Positions 56,284-58,028 of a DNA stretch of 58,028 bases are shown one piece after another. The translations under genes were made by a program, and so were the position numbers. Position 1 is the stretch's first letter. The number at the start of each line of letters is the position of its first letter. Source of the DNA: Faecousia sp. (GTDB lineage: Bacteria > Bacillota > Clostridia > Oscillospirales > Oscillospiraceae); assembly GCA_045538595.1 (NCBI GenBank), contig JAZSRS010000007.1, positions 1 to 58,028 on the forward strand, read 5' to 3'. The notes under the pieces are model-generated. The model was not told where the DNA came from. It was given only the letters and a program-made list of their open reading frames with translations, and did not search any database.

Positions 56284-57041
56284 TCACAGTTGCTGATATT
56301 TTAGAATTTATTGAGCGTGTTGCCCCTCCCGCCTATCAAATGAGTTGGGACAACACGGGACTCCTCTGCGGTCGGAAAGATAAAGAAGTCCGGACTGTAC
56401 TGGTGGCATTGGATCCTTTCACATCTGTCTGTCAGGAAGCGGCGGAATTGGGCGCAGATCTACTGGTTACCCATCACCCCCTAATCTTTCAGCCTCTTAC
56501 CAGCATTACCGACCAAACCACTGTGGGCAAGGCGGTGATGACTTTGATCGCCAATGATATTGCTGCCATCAACGCCCACACCAATCTGGATTGTGCGCCA
56601 GAGGGCGTGAATGACATTCTGGCTCAGCGGTTGGGTCTTAGTGATGTATCTGTAATTGGAAGTGAACATCTGTTGCGAGCAGGGCAGTTTAACAGCACCT
56701 TACAGGAATTTTTAAGCCACGTAAAATCCCGTCTTGGTTGTCAAGGTTTGCGATATGTGGACGGCGGAAAGCCGGTCTGTCGCGTGGCGGTGGGCGGCGG
56801 CTCCTGCGGCTCTTCCCTGCCGGAGGTAATTGCGGCCGGTTGCGATACATTTGTTACTGCTGATGTGAAATACAACCAATTTTGGGATGCGAAAGAACTG
56901 GGCGTGAATCTGATCGATGCCGGTCATTTCCACACGGAAAACCCTGCAACAACCTACTTGACTGAGAAGTTGCAGGCCGCCTTCCCGGAAATAAAGGTTG
57001 TTTTATCAAAAAATCACCACGACTGTATGAAATTCTATTGA
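56280..57041 (+). CDS. Nif3-like dinuclear metal center protein
   Basis: WDNTGL, LVTHHPLIF, AHTNLD, VTADVKY, IDAGHFHTE. Confidence 0.93.
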   Translation: MITVADILEFIERVAPPAYQMSWDNTGLLCGRKDKEVRTVLVALDPFTSVCQEAAELGADLLVTHHPLIFQPLTSITDQTTVGKAVMTLIANDIAAINAHTNLDCAPEGVNDILAQRLGLSDVSVIGSEHLLRAGQFNSTLQEFLSHVKSRLGCQGLRYVDGGKPVCRVAVGGGSCGSSLPEVIAAGCDTFVTADVKYNQFWDAKELGVNLIDAGHFHTENPATTYLTEKLQAAFPEIKVVLSKNHHDCMKFY

Positions 57042-57066
57042 TTTTCCCAGCATATTTTGCTAAAAT
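57038..57066 (+). promoter_or_regulatory. Candidate sigma-A promoter of the yebC-family gene
   Basis: TTGATT-17 nt-TAAAAT with extended -10 TG. Confidence 0.5.
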
Positions 57067-57105
57067 ATACAGGATATTTTACAAGTAACAGGAAGGAAGA
57101 TTCTT

Positions 57106-57834
57106 ATGTCCGGACATTCCAAATGGCATAATATTCAAAAAACCAAAGGCGCACAGGACGCCAAGCGCGCTGCTGCTTTTACTAAGATTGCAAAGGAACT
57201 GATCGTTGCCGTGAAAGAAGGCGGCGGCATCACCGACCCTGCCAACAACTCCCGGCTTGCAACCATTATCACCAAGGCGAAAGCCGCCAATATGCCCAAC
57301 GACAACATTAAGCGTTGCCTGGAGAAGGCTGCCGGCGCAGGTGGCGGTGACAGTTACGAGACCATTACTTACGAAGGCTATGGCCCCGGCGGCGTTGCCG
57401 TGATCGTGGAGACCATGACCGACAACCGCAACCGTACCGCAGGCTCTATGCGTCATCACTTCGACAAGTTCGGCGGCAATTTGGGCGCTTCCGGCTGCGT
57501 GGCTTGGAGTTTTGACAGAAAAGGCGTGCTGGTCATTGACAACGAAGATGGCGATTACGACGAAGAAGAAGTGATGATGGACGCAATGGACGCCGGCGCA
57601 GATGATTTTGAGGCCGAAGAGGATTGCTTCACCATCTACACCACTCCCGACGATTTCAACACCGTGGTTGCCAAACTGGAAAAGTACACCTTTGTTTCCG
57701 CACAGATCGAAATGGTCCCCCAGAACTATCAGAAGTTGGAAAGTGAAGAACAGGCCTCCCAGATGCAGAAACTCATCGACGCCATGGAAGATGACGATGA
57801 TGTGCAGAACGTGTGGCACAACTGGGAAGAATAA
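57106..57834 (+). CDS. yebC: YebC/PmpR family protein
   Basis: MSGHSKWHNIQ, NMPNDNI, YEGYGPGGVA, TDNRNRT, DDDDVQNVWHN. Confidence 0.96.
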   Translation: MSGHSKWHNIQKTKGAQDAKRAAAFTKIAKELIVAVKEGGGITDPANNSRLATIITKAKAANMPNDNIKRCLEKAAGAGGGDSYETITYEGYGPGGVAVIVETMTDNRNRTAGSMRHHFDKFGGNLGASGCVAWSFDRKGVLVIDNEDGDYDEEEVMMDAMDAGADDFEAEEDCFTIYTTPDDFNTVVAKLEKYTFVSAQIEMVPQNYQKLESEEQASQMQKLIDAMEDDDDVQNVWHNWEE

Positions 57835-57887
57835 ACAAAAATATCGGCGGGCTGCTTTTAGCAGCCTACTTCTTATATTGTAAAAAT

Positions 57888-57912
57888 AACGGGTGTCCTT
57901 TGGACACCCGTT
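57888..57912. repeat. Perfect inverted repeat abutting the putative IS end
   Basis: AACGGGTGTCC-TTT-GGACACCCGTT. Confidence 0.8.
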
Positions 57913-58028
57913 GCAGTCTGTCGAAAAAGTCCAGCGAAAGCTGGGCTTTTTCTGCATTTTATGATATAATGGTTCCGGGTGATGAAAAATGTTGGAACGC
58001 GGAAAAATGGAACGAGGAATCTTTGAGA
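57913..58028 (+). mobile_element. Probable left end of an IS1182-family element with the start of its transposase (ATG 57989, MLERGKMERGIFE...), cut by the window edge
   Basis: The N-terminal peptide resembles clostridial IS1182 transposases as I recall them. Subterminal hairpin GAAAAAGTCCAGC-GAAA-GCTGGGCTTTTTC and a TGATATAAT extended -10. Only 13 codons are visible. Confidence 0.55.

Overview
This window is chromosomal DNA from a spore-forming Clostridia-class bacterium; the gene set suggests Oscillospiraceae, which is inference. Most genes lie on the minus strand. The left part (1-16.6 kb) is core genome: polC (cut by the window edge), ispG, rseP, dxr, cdsA, uppS, frr and pyrH, then glnS, spoIIGA-sigE, rarA and a COG0523 metallochaperone pair with a His/Cys tandem repeat. 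uppS carries one in-frame TGA. The middle (~16.7-43.1 kb) is a ~26 kb accessory carbohydrate-utilisation locus. It holds a YesN/YesM-type two-component system, an unusually complex ABC importer (951-aa multidomain binding protein, four permeases, NHL/TPR beta-propeller, Yip1-like and DUF5696-like proteins), two tandem-duplicated binding lipoproteins and two tandem-duplicated 882-aa enzyme-like proteins I cannot place in a known glycoside hydrolase family. This locus is my best candidate for an under-described system. The right part holds a three-hairpin sRNA candidate, a SigE-type spore-coat gene pair, livKHMGF, an FHA-fused SEDS protein with a class B PBP, nfo, an XRE switch with two palindromic operators, trmK, nif3, yebC, and the start of an IS1182-like element at the window end. 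All family calls come from motif recognition by eye; no searches were run.
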